From Mollicutes bacterium (GTDB taxonomy: Bacteria > Bacillota_I > Bacilli_A > RF39 > UBA660): a stretch of DNA of 59,277 nt. Under the pieces are notes generated by a model, which saw only the letters and a program-made list of their open reading frames with translations, was not told the DNA's origin and searched no databases. The stretch spans positions 1 to 59,277 of the forward strand of contig JAAYMD010000022.1 of NCBI GenBank assembly GCA_012521575.1. The letters are read 5' to 3'. The position numbers and the translations under genes are program-made. This document shows positions 8,951 to 18,922 of the stretch, one piece after another. The first letter of the stretch is position 1. Each line of letters opens with the position of its first letter.

Positions 8951-10084
8951 TTACTCAGGTATTTCTATTCCTTCTTCTTTAGCTTGTTCATAAGTTTTGA
9001 TGTCAATGCGATAATGAGTTAATTTTGCCGCTAAACGAGCATTTGCTCCTTTTTTACCAATAGCAAGTGGTAAATTTTTATTATCTACGATAACAATCGC
9101 TTCTTTTTTGGTTGGATCAGGAATAATTACTTTTAAATTTTTAGCTGGACTTAAAGCGTTTTCGATGAATTTGGCTGGATCTTTATCATACAAAATAACA
9201 TCTATTTTTTCACCATTTAATTCTTCACTAATACGATTGATTCGCGTACTTCTTTCTCCTATGCAAGATCCAACCGCGTCAATATTTGGATTTTCTGTAA
9301 AAACCGCAACTTTACTACGGTTTCCTGCTTCGCGTGCTACAGAATGAATTAGGATAATTCCTTCCTGAATTTCAGATATTTCTAATTCAAATAAACGTTT
9401 TACAAATCCATAATGATTACGGGATAAAAAGATATTCGTTCCCTTTGTTGTAGTTTCTACCTTAGTTACATAAACTTTAAGATTTGAGCCCATCTTTATT
9501 TCTTCGCCAGGGATAATTTCTGTTTTTGGTAAAATTCCCTGAACACGACCAAAATCGATAAAGTAATTACTAGTATCTTCCATAGCAACTATACCAACAA
9601 GCATCTCATCTTGTTTATCTCCATATTCTTCACTAATAACAGCTCTTTCTGCTTCTCTAATTTTTTGAATAACAACTTGTTTAGCGGTTGATGCTGCAAC
9701 ACGACCAAAATCTTTTGGTGTTACTTCTTCTTCAATAGTTTCACCTAGTTGAATATTAGGATCTATTTTTCGTGCTTGCTCTAACGTTAAGTGAATTCTT
9801 TCGTCAAAAGGAAATTTAACTTTTTCTTTAATTTCTTCTCCATCAAATGTTTCATCAACAACAATTTCAATTTCACTTTCTGGATCAACAACAGTTTTAA
9901 ATGAGAAAACTTTTATTTCACCAGTTTGACGATTAATATCAACTCTAACATTTGATAAAGATTTATAATTTTTCTTATAAGCAGAAGTTAAAGCAAGTTC
10001 AAGCGCATCATAAATAACATCTTCAGGAATTCCCTTTTCTTTGACTAATAAATCAACAGCATTTTTTAAAGATTTGATATCCAT
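8951..10084 (-). CDS. nusA: Transcription termination/antitermination factor NusA
   Basis: N-terminal domain, S1 and KH domains recognisable (GIVAMEDTSNYFIDFG, AVGSCIGERSTRI, LAIGKKGANARLAAKLT). The ATG at 10084 follows a GAGGAAGGGAG RBS. Confidence 0.95.
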   Translation of the reverse strand: MDIKSLKNAVDLLVKEKGIPEDVIYDALELALTSAYKKNYKSLSNVRVDINRQTGEIKVFSFKTVVDPESEIEIVVDETFDGEEIKEKVKFPFDERIHLTLEQARKIDPNIQLGETIEEEVTPKDFGRVAASTAKQVVIQKIREAERAVISEEYGDKQDEMLVGIVAMEDTSNYFIDFGRVQGILPKTEIIPGEEIKMGSNLKVYVTKVETTTKGTNIFLSRNHYGFVKRLFELEISEIQEGIILIHSVAREAGNRSKVAVFTENPNIDAVGSCIGERSTRINRISEELNGEKIDVILYDKDPAKFIENALSPAKNLKVIIPDPTKKEAIVIVDNKNLPLAIGKKGANARLAAKLTHYRIDIKTYEQAKEEGIEIPE

Positions 10085-10086
10085 TT

Positions 10087-10341
10087 TTACTCCCTTCCTC
10101 TCTCTTTTGAGCAAACATCTAAAATATAACTATGCTCAATTGGATCGTTTTTATCTAAAATTGGATTAATTAAATCTGTAACAAAGACACAATCATCTAA
10201 ATCGATAATTCCATCTTTATTAATCACTATTCTTAAAAAATAATTATTATCCTCTTTTTCAAATTTTACTTCTTCTAGTTGATAATTATTAGCAACAATA
10301 ACATCTTCAATTAAATTTTTAACTTTCTTTTCAATTTCCAT
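10087..10341 (-). CDS. rimP: Ribosome maturation factor RimP, N-terminal domain only (about 84 aa)
   Basis: Aligns with the first half of B. subtilis YlxS/RimP (YFLRIVINKDGIIDLDDCVFVTDLINPILD....YILDVCS). It stops where LEVSSPG.ERPL normally continues, and nusA starts 3 nt later. Confidence 0.7.
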   Translation of the reverse strand: MEIEKKVKNLIEDVIVANNYQLEEVKFEKEDNNYFLRIVINKDGIIDLDDCVFVTDLINPILDKNDPIEHSYILDVCSKERGRE

Positions 10342-10361
10342 AAACATCCCCCATTTACATT

Positions 10362-10385
10362 AAAAAGTGGGCTAAACCCACTTTT
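10362..10385 (-). promoter_or_regulatory. Leader hairpin with U-tract (candidate attenuator/terminator) in the rimP-nusA-infB 5' UTR
   Basis: On the minus strand, AAAAGTGGG-tttag-CCCACTTTTT sits between a consensus extended -10 and the rimP RBS. No upstream minus-strand gene exists that it could terminate. Confidence 0.5.
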
Positions 10386-10401
10386 CTTTCTCTATATGTA
10401 C

Positions 10402-10410
10402 ATTATACCA
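10402..10410 (-). promoter_or_regulatory. Extended -10 promoter element (TGgTATAAT) for the rimP operon
   Basis: The minus strand reads TGGTATAAT. The -35 region is poor (TACAAA). Confidence 0.5.
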
Positions 10411-10512
10411 CAAATATTCTTTTTTTTGTATAAATTTTACAAGTTTATTGTTTATATTATAATTAAGTATATTATTTTTTCTATTTTTTGATATAATTAT
10501 GTTGGAGATGAT

Positions 10513-11223
10513 ATGATGAAAGAATTTTTGAATATGAAAAAGAGTAAAAAAAATTTAATTGGAATCATTGTTTTTTTCCTGTATTCAATAGTAAGTTTGA
10601 CAAAAGGGTTCCCTCTTCAGCTTTTTGATATTACCAAGTTAAATGAAAATATAATTTTACTTTACTCATTAATTGTATCTATTTTATTAGTAATTATTAT
10701 AAGTTTAATTTATAAAAGCAAATTAATAAATAATTACAAAGAACTTAAAAAAAAGCATCAAACGTATTTTTCTAAATACTTAAAATATTGGTTGATTTCA
10801 TTATTTTTTATGGGGTTGTCTAATTTAATTATATTAAGTTTTGTTCAAGATGGACTTCCTACTAATGAAGAAATGATTAGAGATATCTTTAATAGTAGCC
10901 CTATTCTGGTATTTTTATCTGCCGTTATTGTGGCCCCTATTATTGAAGAATTGGTTTTCCGTCAAAGTTTTAGAGATATGTTCAATGATGATGCTGTATT
11001 TATTTTTATGAGCGCTTTAACTTTTGCTTCTTTTCATGTTGTTGGCACTGTTACTAGTCCAATTGATTTGATATATATTATCCCTTATGCATTTCCTGCT
11101 ATTGCATTTGCACTAATGCTTAAAGAAACAAATAATATTTTTGTACCAATGGGATTTCATTTTTTGCATAATGGCCTTCTAATGGCCGTTCAATTTGCAA
11201 TTTTAATTTTTGGTCCATATTAA
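10513..11223 (+). CDS. CPBP family intramembrane glutamic endopeptidase (CAAX protease/Abi family)
   Basis: Conserved EELVFRQ, FASFH and HFLHN motifs in a polytopic membrane protein. Confidence 0.85.
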   Translation: MMKEFLNMKKSKKNLIGIIVFFLYSIVSLTKGFPLQLFDITKLNENIILLYSLIVSILLVIIISLIYKSKLINNYKELKKKHQTYFSKYLKYWLISLFFMGLSNLIILSFVQDGLPTNEEMIRDIFNSSPILVFLSAVIVAPIIEELVFRQSFRDMFNDDAVFIFMSALTFASFHVVGTVTSPIDLIYIIPYAFPAIAFALMLKETNNIFVPMGFHFLHNGLLMAVQFAILIFGPY

Positions 11224-11242
11224 TTGAATTAAGGAGGGGGCT

Positions 11243-12103
11243 ATGAAGAAAAAGTTGATAAAATTTTTGATATTTGTCTTTTTTGTTGTTGTTTTGATAT
11301 ATGGATACGCCTATTTTATTGGCACTAAAGGATTAATTGTTAAGGAAATAAAAATTACAAATAAAAATATTCCTAATTATTTTCATGGTTTAAAAATTGC
11401 TCATATAAGTGATGTTCACTATGGAAGAATTATTAATGATAAAAATATTGAAACAATTGTAAAAAAAATAAATTTATTAAAACCAGATATTGTAGTTATT
11501 ACAGGTGACTTGCTTGACCGCGATCGAGAATTATCAGAAGAAAATAAAAAAACTTTAATTGAAAATCTTAACAAAATTGAAGTTACAATCGGAAAATATG
11601 CCATAGCTGGAAATCATGATTATGTGTATGGAATAAACCAATGGGAAAAAATTATTGAAGAAAGTAATTTTATTAATTTGAATGATACTTATGACTTAGT
11701 TTATAATAATGGAACTACTCCAATATTAATAAATGGGATGAGTTCAAATTTGCAAAACAAAACAACAATCAACGAAAAGTTAAAAGAAGTTCAAAAAATA
11801 TTAAAGGAAGAAAAAAATAAACCTATTTATAATATTATGATAATGCATGAACCTGATTACATTGAAAAGTTCGAATATGAACAATTTGATCTAATCTTAG
11901 CAGGTCATTCCCATAACGGTCAGATAAAGATACCTTTAATTGGAGCGATAGTAACACCAGTTGGGGCAAAAAAATATTATGATGAATATTATAATCTTGG
12001 AAAAACAGATTTATATATATCAAGTGGATTAGGTACATCGGGATATGATATTAGATTATTCAATAAACCATCATTTAATTTTTACAGAATCACTAACAAA
12101 TAA
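11243..12103 (+). CDS. Membrane-anchored metallophosphoesterase (YkuE/YaeI-like)
   Basis: Calcineurin-like motifs HISDVHYG, GDLLD, GNHD and GHSHNG after an N-terminal TM helix. Confidence 0.85.
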   Translation: MKKKLIKFLIFVFFVVVLIYGYAYFIGTKGLIVKEIKITNKNIPNYFHGLKIAHISDVHYGRIINDKNIETIVKKINLLKPDIVVITGDLLDRDRELSEENKKTLIENLNKIEVTIGKYAIAGNHDYVYGINQWEKIIEESNFINLNDTYDLVYNNGTTPILINGMSSNLQNKTTINEKLKEVQKILKEEKNKPIYNIMIMHEPDYIEKFEYEQFDLILAGHSHNGQIKIPLIGAIVTPVGAKKYYDEYYNLGKTDLYISSGLGTSGYDIRLFNKPSFNFYRITNK

Positions 12104-12116
12104 ATATAATAGAAAA

Positions 12117-12156
12117 TTAAAAAGAGTATGATCTTCATAGTTCATACTCTTATTTA
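12117..12156. terminator. Bidirectional terminator between convergent genes
   Basis: AAGAGTATGA (12122-12131) pairs with TCATACTCTT (12142-12151), with A/T-rich flanks. Confidence 0.6.
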
Positions 12157-12524
12157 TTGTTTTTTGTCATATAGAAACCATGGATATTACAATAAGTATA
12201 TACTGTAAAATTATCACTTTGTACAGTAAAATTTGCAATCGGCTCATCGCCTGGTTTTAAATTAACTTTTTGAATAAAGTTGTCTTCAATAAGCGCGATC
12301 CATTCAATGTAGTGTTCATCTATCATTGGATGGATTGTCTTTCCAATTTGCACTTTCACCTTATTTCCCTCTTTTTGAACGAATGGTATGTGTTTTTCGT
12401 ATGTGTTTTCTTCTGTGTTGATTTCAATTTCTTCCATTTCTTGTCCACAACATACCAAGGTTCCTCCACCATCATTTATCAATTCAACAATATTTCCACA
12501 AATTTCGCATTTAAATATTCTCAT
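12150..12524 (-). CDS. dfx: Desulfoferrodoxin (2Fe superoxide reductase)
   Basis: N-terminal desulforedoxin motif CEICGN...CCG and C-terminal SOR centre residues (HPM..EHYIEWI....CNIHG). 124 aa. Confidence 0.85.
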   Translation of the reverse strand: MRIFKCEICGNIVELINDGGGTLVCCGQEMEEIEINTEENTYEKHIPFVQKEGNKVKVQIGKTIHPMIDEHYIEWIALIEDNFIQKVNLKPGDEPIANFTVQSDNFTVYTYCNIHGFYMTKNNK

Positions 12525-12571
12525 ACTTTACCTCCTATCTTAAAAAGATTATACCAAAATAATTTATAAAA

Positions 12572-15190
12572 TTAAACACCTTTATTTTTATTATGTTTTT
12601 TTAGCCAAATCTTTCTAATCCAATCAACGGGAACAACAGTGAAAGCAAGTAGTAAAACAAAAATGAATTCAGGTAAAGTTAGTCCTACTACTCTAAAGAT
12701 CGTTCCACCATAATAGACTATATAAATTTGGATTATTGTTATTAGACACATAATTATAATAAAACCTCGATTTTTTAAAATGTGAGCCATAATATTTAAA
12801 CGATGAGTTCGAGCATTAAATGAATTAAAAATTCCAATAAAAATAAATAAAACAAAAAAGGCGGACATTAACATTAATTCATTATTATCTTCAACAAAAA
12901 TTGATTTAATGATAGGCAGTTTTAAAAATAAAAGACATAAAATAAATGAATATATACCTGTAAAAAGAATTTGTCCTAGCATATAGCTATTGATAATATT
13001 TTCATCACGTTTTTTTGGTTTTTCTTTCATGTATTCAAGAAGTGCTGGTTCTCCAGCAAATGCTAAAGCTGCTAAAGTGTCCATTATCATATTTACCCAT
13101 AACATTTGAATAACTGTTATCGGATTTTCAATTCCAATAAAGGGGCCAACAATTGAAATTCCAACAGCACATATATTAATTGTTAATTGTAAAATAATGA
13201 ATTTTCTAATACTTTTAAAAATAGTTCGTCCGTACAAAATGGCTTTGGCAATTGATTTAAAATTATCATCTAATATTACAATATCCGACGCTTCTTTTGC
13301 CACTTCAGTTCCACTTCCCATAGCTATGCCTACATCTGCTTTTTTGATCGCAGGAGCATCATTAACTCCGTCTCCTGTCATACCAACTACTAAGTCTAAG
13401 TCTTGTGCAATACGAACAAGTCTACTTTTATCACTTGGCAGTGCTCTGGCAATTACAGCAATTTTTGGTAGTTTTTCTTTTAATTCATTATCAGACATCT
13501 TTTTTAATTCTTCACTTGTTATTACTATTGAATCTTGCTTTAACAAACCGACCTCTTTTGCAACAGCAATAGCAGTATCTTTCGCATCCCCAGTTACCAT
13601 TACAACTTTAATTCCAGCATTCATTACCTGATTTACAGATTCTTTTACTTCTTTTCTTACCTCATCTCTAATTCCAATCAATCCCACTAATGTAAGACCT
13701 CGCATTTCATTTTTTGTATTAGGTTCATTATTAATAGTAGCAACCGCGATAAAACGAATTCCTTGTGATGCTTGTTCTTTCATTTTTTCTATAATTTTGG
13801 ATTTGTTAATCAAAGTCTTTTTACTACCATTTCGATCATAATAAAAATGGCTTTTTTTTAGTATTATTTCTGGCATTCCTTTAACTAAAGTTGTGTTAAG
13901 TGTCCCGGAAACACTAACCATTGAATATTTTAATTTACTATCAAAAGGTATTTGTTTTTCTTTTTTTAATGATATATCGATATGGTAGGGATAGGCATAT
14001 TCAAGTAAAGCACGATCAGTTGCATTACTTCCAAATGCTAGTTTTTTTTCATTATCGTAAGTAGAAGCATTATTATATATTAACGAGATATTTAACAATT
14101 CAATTAATTTGTTTTTTTGTTTTGGAAATTCTTTACCATTTTCATTATTATTACCATCTATAAAATTTACTACTTCTAATTTTCCTTTTGTTAATGTACC
14201 AGTTTTATCTGTAAACAATATATTTAAACTTCCAAAAGTTTCAATACCTAATAATTTTCTCACTAAAATATTATCTTTTAACATTTTTTTCATATTTTTT
14301 GATAAAACAAGAGTTATCATCATTGGTAGCCCCTCAGGAACAGCTACAACAATTACTGTTACAGCCAAAGTTACTGCATGAAGAATATAACCAAACATTA
14401 AATGAAAATTAGTAATTGTATCTTTTATTTTAGTTAAATCAAAAAAATTTTTGATAACCACTACATCGATTAAAAATGAAATTGCTACTAAAAAAGCCCC
14501 AATATAACCTAACTTGCTAATGGTATGTGCAAGCTTTCGAAGGCGATACTTTAGCGGTCCTTCTCTTTTTTCTTCCTGTAATTCAAGCCCTATACTACCA
14601 TATATTGTTTTATCACCTATATTTTGCACAAGCATTATTGCCTCATTAGCACACACTACACTTCCTCTGTAAACTTTATTATTATTTATATCTTTTGTAA
14701 TTTCTTTAGATTCCCCACTTAAAGCTGATTCATCTACTTCAATAGAACCTTTTATAATAATCCCATCAGCGGGAATTTTATCCCCAGCTTGTAATAAAAT
14801 TACATCATTTTTAACTACTTCACTAATAGGTATTAGTGTTAAAATCCCATTACGGTAAACACGACAATTTATTTTCGAAGCTTCTTCTTGAAGTCTTTTA
14901 AAAGATTCTTCACTACCATATTCTGATAATGTAGAAATTAAAGATGCAACAAATATGGCAATGGCAATTCCAACTGTTTCATACCAATCAAAATTTTTTA
15001 ATAAAAACAATGTTTTTATTGCAAGTGCGATTAATAATATTTTTGTCATTGGTTCGCCTAGACTTTCAATAAACAATTTAATAAATGAATTTTGTTTTTT
15101 GTTACTTATGTCGTTGCTACCATATTTCAATCGTGATTTAACAACTTCCTCATCCATAAGTCCAAGTTTTTTTGTGTCCAAACTCATCAC
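12572..15190 (-). CDS. P-type cation-transporting ATPase, P2 (Ca2+-ATPase-like, YloB/PMCA type)
   Basis: TGES-like SGES, PEGLP, DKTGTLT and TGDGVNDAPAIKKADVGIAMG motifs. About 10 TM segments, 872 aa. The exact start is ambiguous (GTG/ATG/TTG all lie next to the AGGTGA RBS). Confidence 0.85.
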   Translation of the reverse strand: MMSLDTKKLGLMDEEVVKSRLKYGSNDISNKKQNSFIKLFIESLGEPMTKILLIALAIKTLFLLKNFDWYETVGIAIAIFVASLISTLSEYGSEESFKRLQEEASKINCRVYRNGILTLIPISEVVKNDVILLQAGDKIPADGIIIKGSIEVDESALSGESKEITKDINNNKVYRGSVVCANEAIMLVQNIGDKTIYGSIGLELQEEKREGPLKYRLRKLAHTISKLGYIGAFLVAISFLIDVVVIKNFFDLTKIKDTITNFHLMFGYILHAVTLAVTVIVVAVPEGLPMMITLVLSKNMKKMLKDNILVRKLLGIETFGSLNILFTDKTGTLTKGKLEVVNFIDGNNNENGKEFPKQKNKLIELLNISLIYNNASTYDNEKKLAFGSNATDRALLEYAYPYHIDISLKKEKQIPFDSKLKYSMVSVSGTLNTTLVKGMPEIILKKSHFYYDRNGSKKTLINKSKIIEKMKEQASQGIRFIAVATINNEPNTKNEMRGLTLVGLIGIRDEVRKEVKESVNQVMNAGIKVVMVTGDAKDTAIAVAKEVGLLKQDSIVITSEELKKMSDNELKEKLPKIAVIARALPSDKSRLVRIAQDLDLVVGMTGDGVNDAPAIKKADVGIAMGSGTEVAKEASDIVILDDNFKSIAKAILYGRTIFKSIRKFIILQLTINICAVGISIVGPFIGIENPITVIQMLWVNMIMDTLAALAFAGEPALLEYMKEKPKKRDENIINSYMLGQILFTGIYSFILCLLFLKLPIIKSIFVEDNNELMLMSAFFVLFIFIGIFNSFNARTHRLNIMAHILKNRGFIIIMCLITIIQIYIVYYGGTIFRVVGLTLPEFIFVLLLAFTVVPVDWIRKIWLKKHNKNKGV

Positions 15191-15510
15191 CTATAAAATA
15201 ATATTAAGGTGATTATATATATACCACATTAATAATTCGACAAAAAATATAATTTATAGTATTTAATGAGAATATGATTTTTCATCATCTTTTTTCACAA
15301 AAAATATGATAAATGTTTTTATGTTATTATACACCAGCTTGTAAAACTGATTAGGTTAATTATTTGTGTTTTATTTCTAACATTTCACTTATAAATAAAA
15401 TATTTCCTAATGCTTCTATACTTATTGACAACTTGCATCTTATTCAACTTACTTTTAGGGATTCAAACAAAATCAAAATTATAATTTAAAAAAGTTATTA
15501 TTGCCAAAAT

Positions 15511-15537
15511 TAAAAGAAGCATAAAATTTTATGCTTC
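15511..15537 (-). terminator. Rho-independent terminator downstream of the SDR gene
   Basis: Perfect palindrome GAAGCATAAAATTTTATGCTTC (15516-15537), followed on the minus strand by TTTTA. Confidence 0.6.
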
Positions 15538-15596
15538 TAACTTAAGAATTTAATATAGGTTTTTATCTTCCAATATTTAGCAAAAACATAATAGAA

Positions 15597-16349
15597 TTAT
15601 TCGCTTTTTCCCTTTTGAATATTATAATTAATTTTCAACAATAATTTTCTTGGCAATAATCGTGTCATAAATACACCTATTTTATTGATTATCCCAGGAA
15701 TAATGATAAGTTTTCTTTTAAACATTTTATCAATGGCATATTTAGCCACTACATCGCTTTCCATTGCTTTAACTGAAAATTTAACTCCTGCTGTCTTATT
15801 AAAATTTGTGTTAACCGGTCCAGGACATAAAACACCTATGTAAACATTACTTCCCTCTCGTCTTAATTCCTCATAAATTGCCTCTGTTAATTGTAGTACA
15901 TATCCTTTAGTAGCATAATAAGACGCCATAAGTGGTCCGGATAAAAAAGCTGCTGATGATGAAACATTTAAAATATAGCCACTATTTCTTTTCTTAAAAT
16001 CAGCTAAAAATAATTTAGTTAATGTATGTACAGCTTTTATATTTAAATCAATCATATCTAATTCTTTATCTAATTTAGTATCATTAAAATTACCAAAAAC
16101 ACCAAATCCAGCATTATTGATTAATATATCAATATTTTCTTTCTTAACTTTATTATAAAGCCTCATACAATTAAATGTACTTGAAATGTCCATAGCTATT
16201 ATTTTTACATTACCATCTAACTCTTTTTTTATCTTTTCTAAATTTTGCTTATCTCTAGCAACTAAAACTAAATCATGTCCTTGCTTGTTCAAAATTCTTG
16301 CCATGTCTGCACCTATTCCTGAGCTGGCACCTGTTATTAATACCTTCAT
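15597..16349 (-). CDS. SDR family oxidoreductase
   Basis: TGASSGIG cofactor motif, NNAG, and catalytic S...YxxxK (YYATK). Confidence 0.85.
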   Translation of the reverse strand: MKVLITGASSGIGADMARILNKQGHDLVLVARDKQNLEKIKKELDGNVKIIAMDISSTFNCMRLYNKVKKENIDILINNAGFGVFGNFNDTKLDKELDMIDLNIKAVHTLTKLFLADFKKRNSGYILNVSSSAAFLSGPLMASYYATKGYVLQLTEAIYEELRREGSNVYIGVLCPGPVNTNFNKTAGVKFSVKAMESDVVAKYAIDKMFKRKLIIIPGIINKIGVFMTRLLPRKLLLKINYNIQKGKSE

Positions 16350-16450
16350 ATTATCACCATCCGTTATTTATAATTATATATGATGTTATCAATTTATTCA
16401 ACTTTCGCTTGTTAATAATTTTGACAAAAAAAGAGAGACAAATATTGCCC

Positions 16451-16798
16451 CTATTCTTCTTCAACTAATTTTATAATAACCATTAAGGCATCGTCACCAC
16501 GGCGTTCGTCTATTTTTAAAATTCTAGTATATCCGCCATTTCTCTTTGCATATCTAGGTACCAAAACGTCAAATACTTTTTTAGTTGCTTCTTTATCATT
16601 ATGAAGAAATGATAAAACTTTTCTTCTTGATACTAAAGTACCTTTTTTTCCATAAGTAATCATTTTATCTAAAAACTTACGAACTTCTTTTGCTCGACTT
16701 TCTGTCGTTTGAATTTGTTCGTTCATTATCAAGTCTCTAGTCAAATTAGCAAGCATACTTCTTCTATGTTTATTATCGCGTCCTAATTTTCTGTACAT
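16451..16798 (-). CDS. rplQ: 50S ribosomal protein L17
   Basis: [20 protein letters not shown]-terminus. Last gene of the alpha operon. Confidence 0.95.
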   Translation of the reverse strand: MYRKLGRDNKHRRSMLANLTRDLIMNEQIQTTESRAKEVRKFLDKMITYGKKGTLVSRRKVLSFLHNDKEATKKVFDVLVPRYAKRNGGYTRILKIDERRGDDALMVIIKLVEEE

Positions 16799-16815
16799 AT
16801 TATTCCTCCTACCTA

Positions 16816-17766
16816 TTAATCTTCATCACGGAATTTAAGGCCTAGTTCTTTTAATTTATCTGATACCTCTTTTAGAGATTTTTTACCTAAATTGCGAATT
16901 TTCATCATTTCTAATTCAGTTTTTTCGACCAAATCTCCTAGTGTGTTAATATTTGCTCTTTTTAAGCAATTATAAGCACGAACTGAGAAGTCCAGCTCTT
17001 CAATAGTTGTTTCCAATTTCTTTTGGTTGCTATCTTCTTTTTTAGCAGTCATTACACCTGTTAAATCAGTTATTTCACTTAAATCAGTTAAAATTTTCAA
17101 GTGTTCAATCAAAATTTTAGAAGCTAGTGCAACTGCATCTTCCGGTTTCATTCCACCATTTGTATGCACATGTAATGTTAACTTATCATAACTATCATCT
17201 TGCCCTACTCGGGCATTTTCAACTTCATAACTTACACGCTCTATTGGTGAATAAAGAGCATCAATTGGAATATACCCAATTTTTTCATTATCAAGATGAA
17301 TTTTGTTTTCGTTTGCTGGAACATAACCACGACCATTAGTTATAAGCATTTCCATGTTTAATTTACCGCCCTTTGAAACAGTAGCTATTACTTGATCTTT
17401 ATTAATGATTTCAATATCGGAATCAACTTCAATATCTGCTGCAGTTACAGTTTTTTCTTCTGATACTGATAATTTTACAATTTTTGGTTCTTTCGAATGG
17501 TTTTTAATAACAACATTTTTTAAGTTTAAAATAATAGTAGTAACATCTTCAACGATTCCTTCAATAGTTTGAAATTCATGCATTACTCCATCGATTTTAA
17601 CAGCTGTAATAGCACTGCCTGGTAAACTTGATAGCATAACCCTTCTAAGAGCATTACCAATAGTCGTTCCAAAACCTCTTTCTAAAGGCTCTAATTCAAT
17701 TTTTCCATAATTATTACTTTTTATATATTCGGTAATTTTATACGTTGGTTTTTCAAAATTTAACAA
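16816..17766 (-). CDS. rpoA: DNA-directed RNA polymerase subunit alpha
   Basis: [15 protein letters not shown] motif, C-terminal domain [14 protein letters not shown], and position between rpsK and rplQ. Confidence 0.95.
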   Translation of the reverse strand: MLNFEKPTYKITEYIKSNNYGKIELEPLERGFGTTIGNALRRVMLSSLPGSAITAVKIDGVMHEFQTIEGIVEDVTTIILNLKNVVIKNHSKEPKIVKLSVSEEKTVTAADIEVDSDIEIINKDQVIATVSKGGKLNMEMLITNGRGYVPANENKIHLDNEKIGYIPIDALYSPIERVSYEVENARVGQDDSYDKLTLHVHTNGGMKPEDAVALASKILIEHLKILTDLSEITDLTGVMTAKKEDSNQKKLETTIEELDFSVRAYNCLKRANINTLGDLVEKTELEMMKIRNLGKKSLKEVSDKLKELGLKFRDED

Positions 17767-17787
17767 TTTAACACACTCCTTTTCTTT

Positions 17788-18171
17788 TTATCCTCGTGGT
17801 CGTTTTGGTGGACGACATCCATTGTGTGGTATTGGTGTTACATCTGTTATTGAAGCAATTTCTAAGCCTGCTGTTTGTAATGAACGAATCGCTGTTTCAC
17901 GCCCTGGTCCTAGACCTTTGACGAATACTTCAACTTTTTTCATCCCAGCTTCAACTGCTGCGCGACCTGCAGCTTCTGCTGACATACCAGCTGCATATGG
18001 TGTTGATTTTTTTGTTCCTTTAAAACCTAACGTTCCAGCAGATGCCCAACTAATTGCATTTCCTTCTTTATCACTAATTGTTACAATAGTATTGTTAAAG
18101 GTTGAATGTATATAAGCATTTCCTTCAGGTACATTCTTTTTTACCCTTCTTTTTCTTGCTTTATAAGCCAT
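17788..18171 (-). CDS. rpsK: 30S ribosomal protein S11
   Basis: [21 protein letters not shown] motif and conserved gene order. Confidence 0.95.
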   Translation of the reverse strand: MAYKARKRRVKKNVPEGNAYIHSTFNNTIVTISDKEGNAISWASAGTLGFKGTKKSTPYAAGMSAEAAGRAAVEAGMKKVEVFVKGLGPGRETAIRSLQTAGLEIASITDVTPIPHNGCRPPKRPRG

Positions 18172-18197
18172 TAATTAACCTCCTTTTTAATTAAAAA

Positions 18198-18563
18198 TTA
18201 TTTTTTCTTATTAGCTATTACTTTTCCTCTACCTTTGCGAGTTCTAGCATTGCGGTTGGTTCTTTGACCTCTTACTGGTAATCCACGGCGATGACGATCT
18301 CCTTTATAACATTTTATTTCAATCATGTTTTTTATATTTTGGTTCACTATACGTCGAAGATCACCTTCAATAGGATATTTTCCAAGTTCATCACGGATAA
18401 GCGTAAGTTCTTCAGAAGTTAATTCTGATACTCTTTTATTTGGATCAATATTTAAATCTTTTAAAATCTTTTTTGATAAACTTCTGCCAATCCCATAGAT
18501 ATATGTCAAAGAAATTTCCACTCGTTTGTTATCTGGTATGTCCACACCTCTAATACGCGCCAT
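18198..18563 (-). CDS. rpsM: 30S ribosomal protein S13
   Basis: [11 protein letters not shown]-terminus and conserved gene order. Confidence 0.95.
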   Translation of the reverse strand: MARIRGVDIPDNKRVEISLTYIYGIGRSLSKKILKDLNIDPNKRVSELTSEELTLIRDELGKYPIEGDLRRIVNQNIKNMIEIKCYKGDRHRRGLPVRGQRTNRNARTRKGRGKVIANKKK

Positions 18564-18574
18564 AATATACCTCC

Positions 18575-18688
18575 TTATCCTTGTCTTTGTTTATGTTTTG
18601 GATTTGTACAAATCACATAGATTTTTCCCTTGCGTTTAATTACTTTGCATTTATCACACATTTTTTTAACTGATGGTTTTACTTTCAT
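18575..18688 (-). CDS. rpmJ: 50S ribosomal protein L36 (37 aa, below the ORF-track cutoff)
   Basis: Hand translation of the minus strand gives [37 protein letters not shown]. Preceded by a GGAGGGAC RBS, between infA and rpsM. Confidence 0.9.
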   Translation of the reverse strand: MKVKPSVKKMCDKCKVIKRKGKIYVICTNPKHKQRQG

Positions 18689-18699
18689 ATTAGTCCCTC

Positions 18700-18921
18700 C
18701 TAGTTTTTTCTATAGGTTATACGCCCACGTGTTAAATCATATGGTGAAAGCTCTACAGTAACCTTATCTCCTGCTGAAATGCGAATGTGATTCATTCGGA
18801 TTTTACCAGAAACGTGGGCGATTACTGTATGCTTGTTTTCAAGTTCTACTCGAAACATTCCGCTAGGTAATATTTCTATTACTTTCCCTTCAACCTCTAT
18901 TGTACCTTCTTTAGCCATCAC
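18700..18921 (-). CDS. infA: Translation initiation factor IF-1
   Basis: [16 protein letters not shown]...FRVELEN and a 73-aa S1-like fold sequence. Confidence 0.95.
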   Translation of the reverse strand: MMAKEGTIEVEGKVIEILPSGMFRVELENKHTVIAHVSGKIRMNHIRISAGDKVTVELSPYDLTRGRITYRKN

Positions 18922-18922
18922 A

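Noticed and set aside
10513-12103. Two plus-strand genes (CPBP protease, metallophosphoesterase) running head-on to replication, considered as a possible inserted island or bacteriocin-immunity locus.
   Set aside because: There is no adjacent bacteriocin, ABC exporter, integrase or repeats, and the composition looks like the surrounding DNA. They are ordinary housekeeping-type membrane enzymes.
13908-13927. GTGTCCCGGAAACAC inside the ATPase gene, which resembles a parS/NBS hybrid.
   Set aside because: It is not palindromic, and neither half matches the full NBS or parS half-site.
17888-17903. parS half-sites TGTTTCACG (near 17893, in rpsK) and GTGAAACA (near 24303, in rplE).
   Set aside because: Only one half of the palindrome matches (4 or more mismatches over 16 bp), so they are unlikely to be functional parS.
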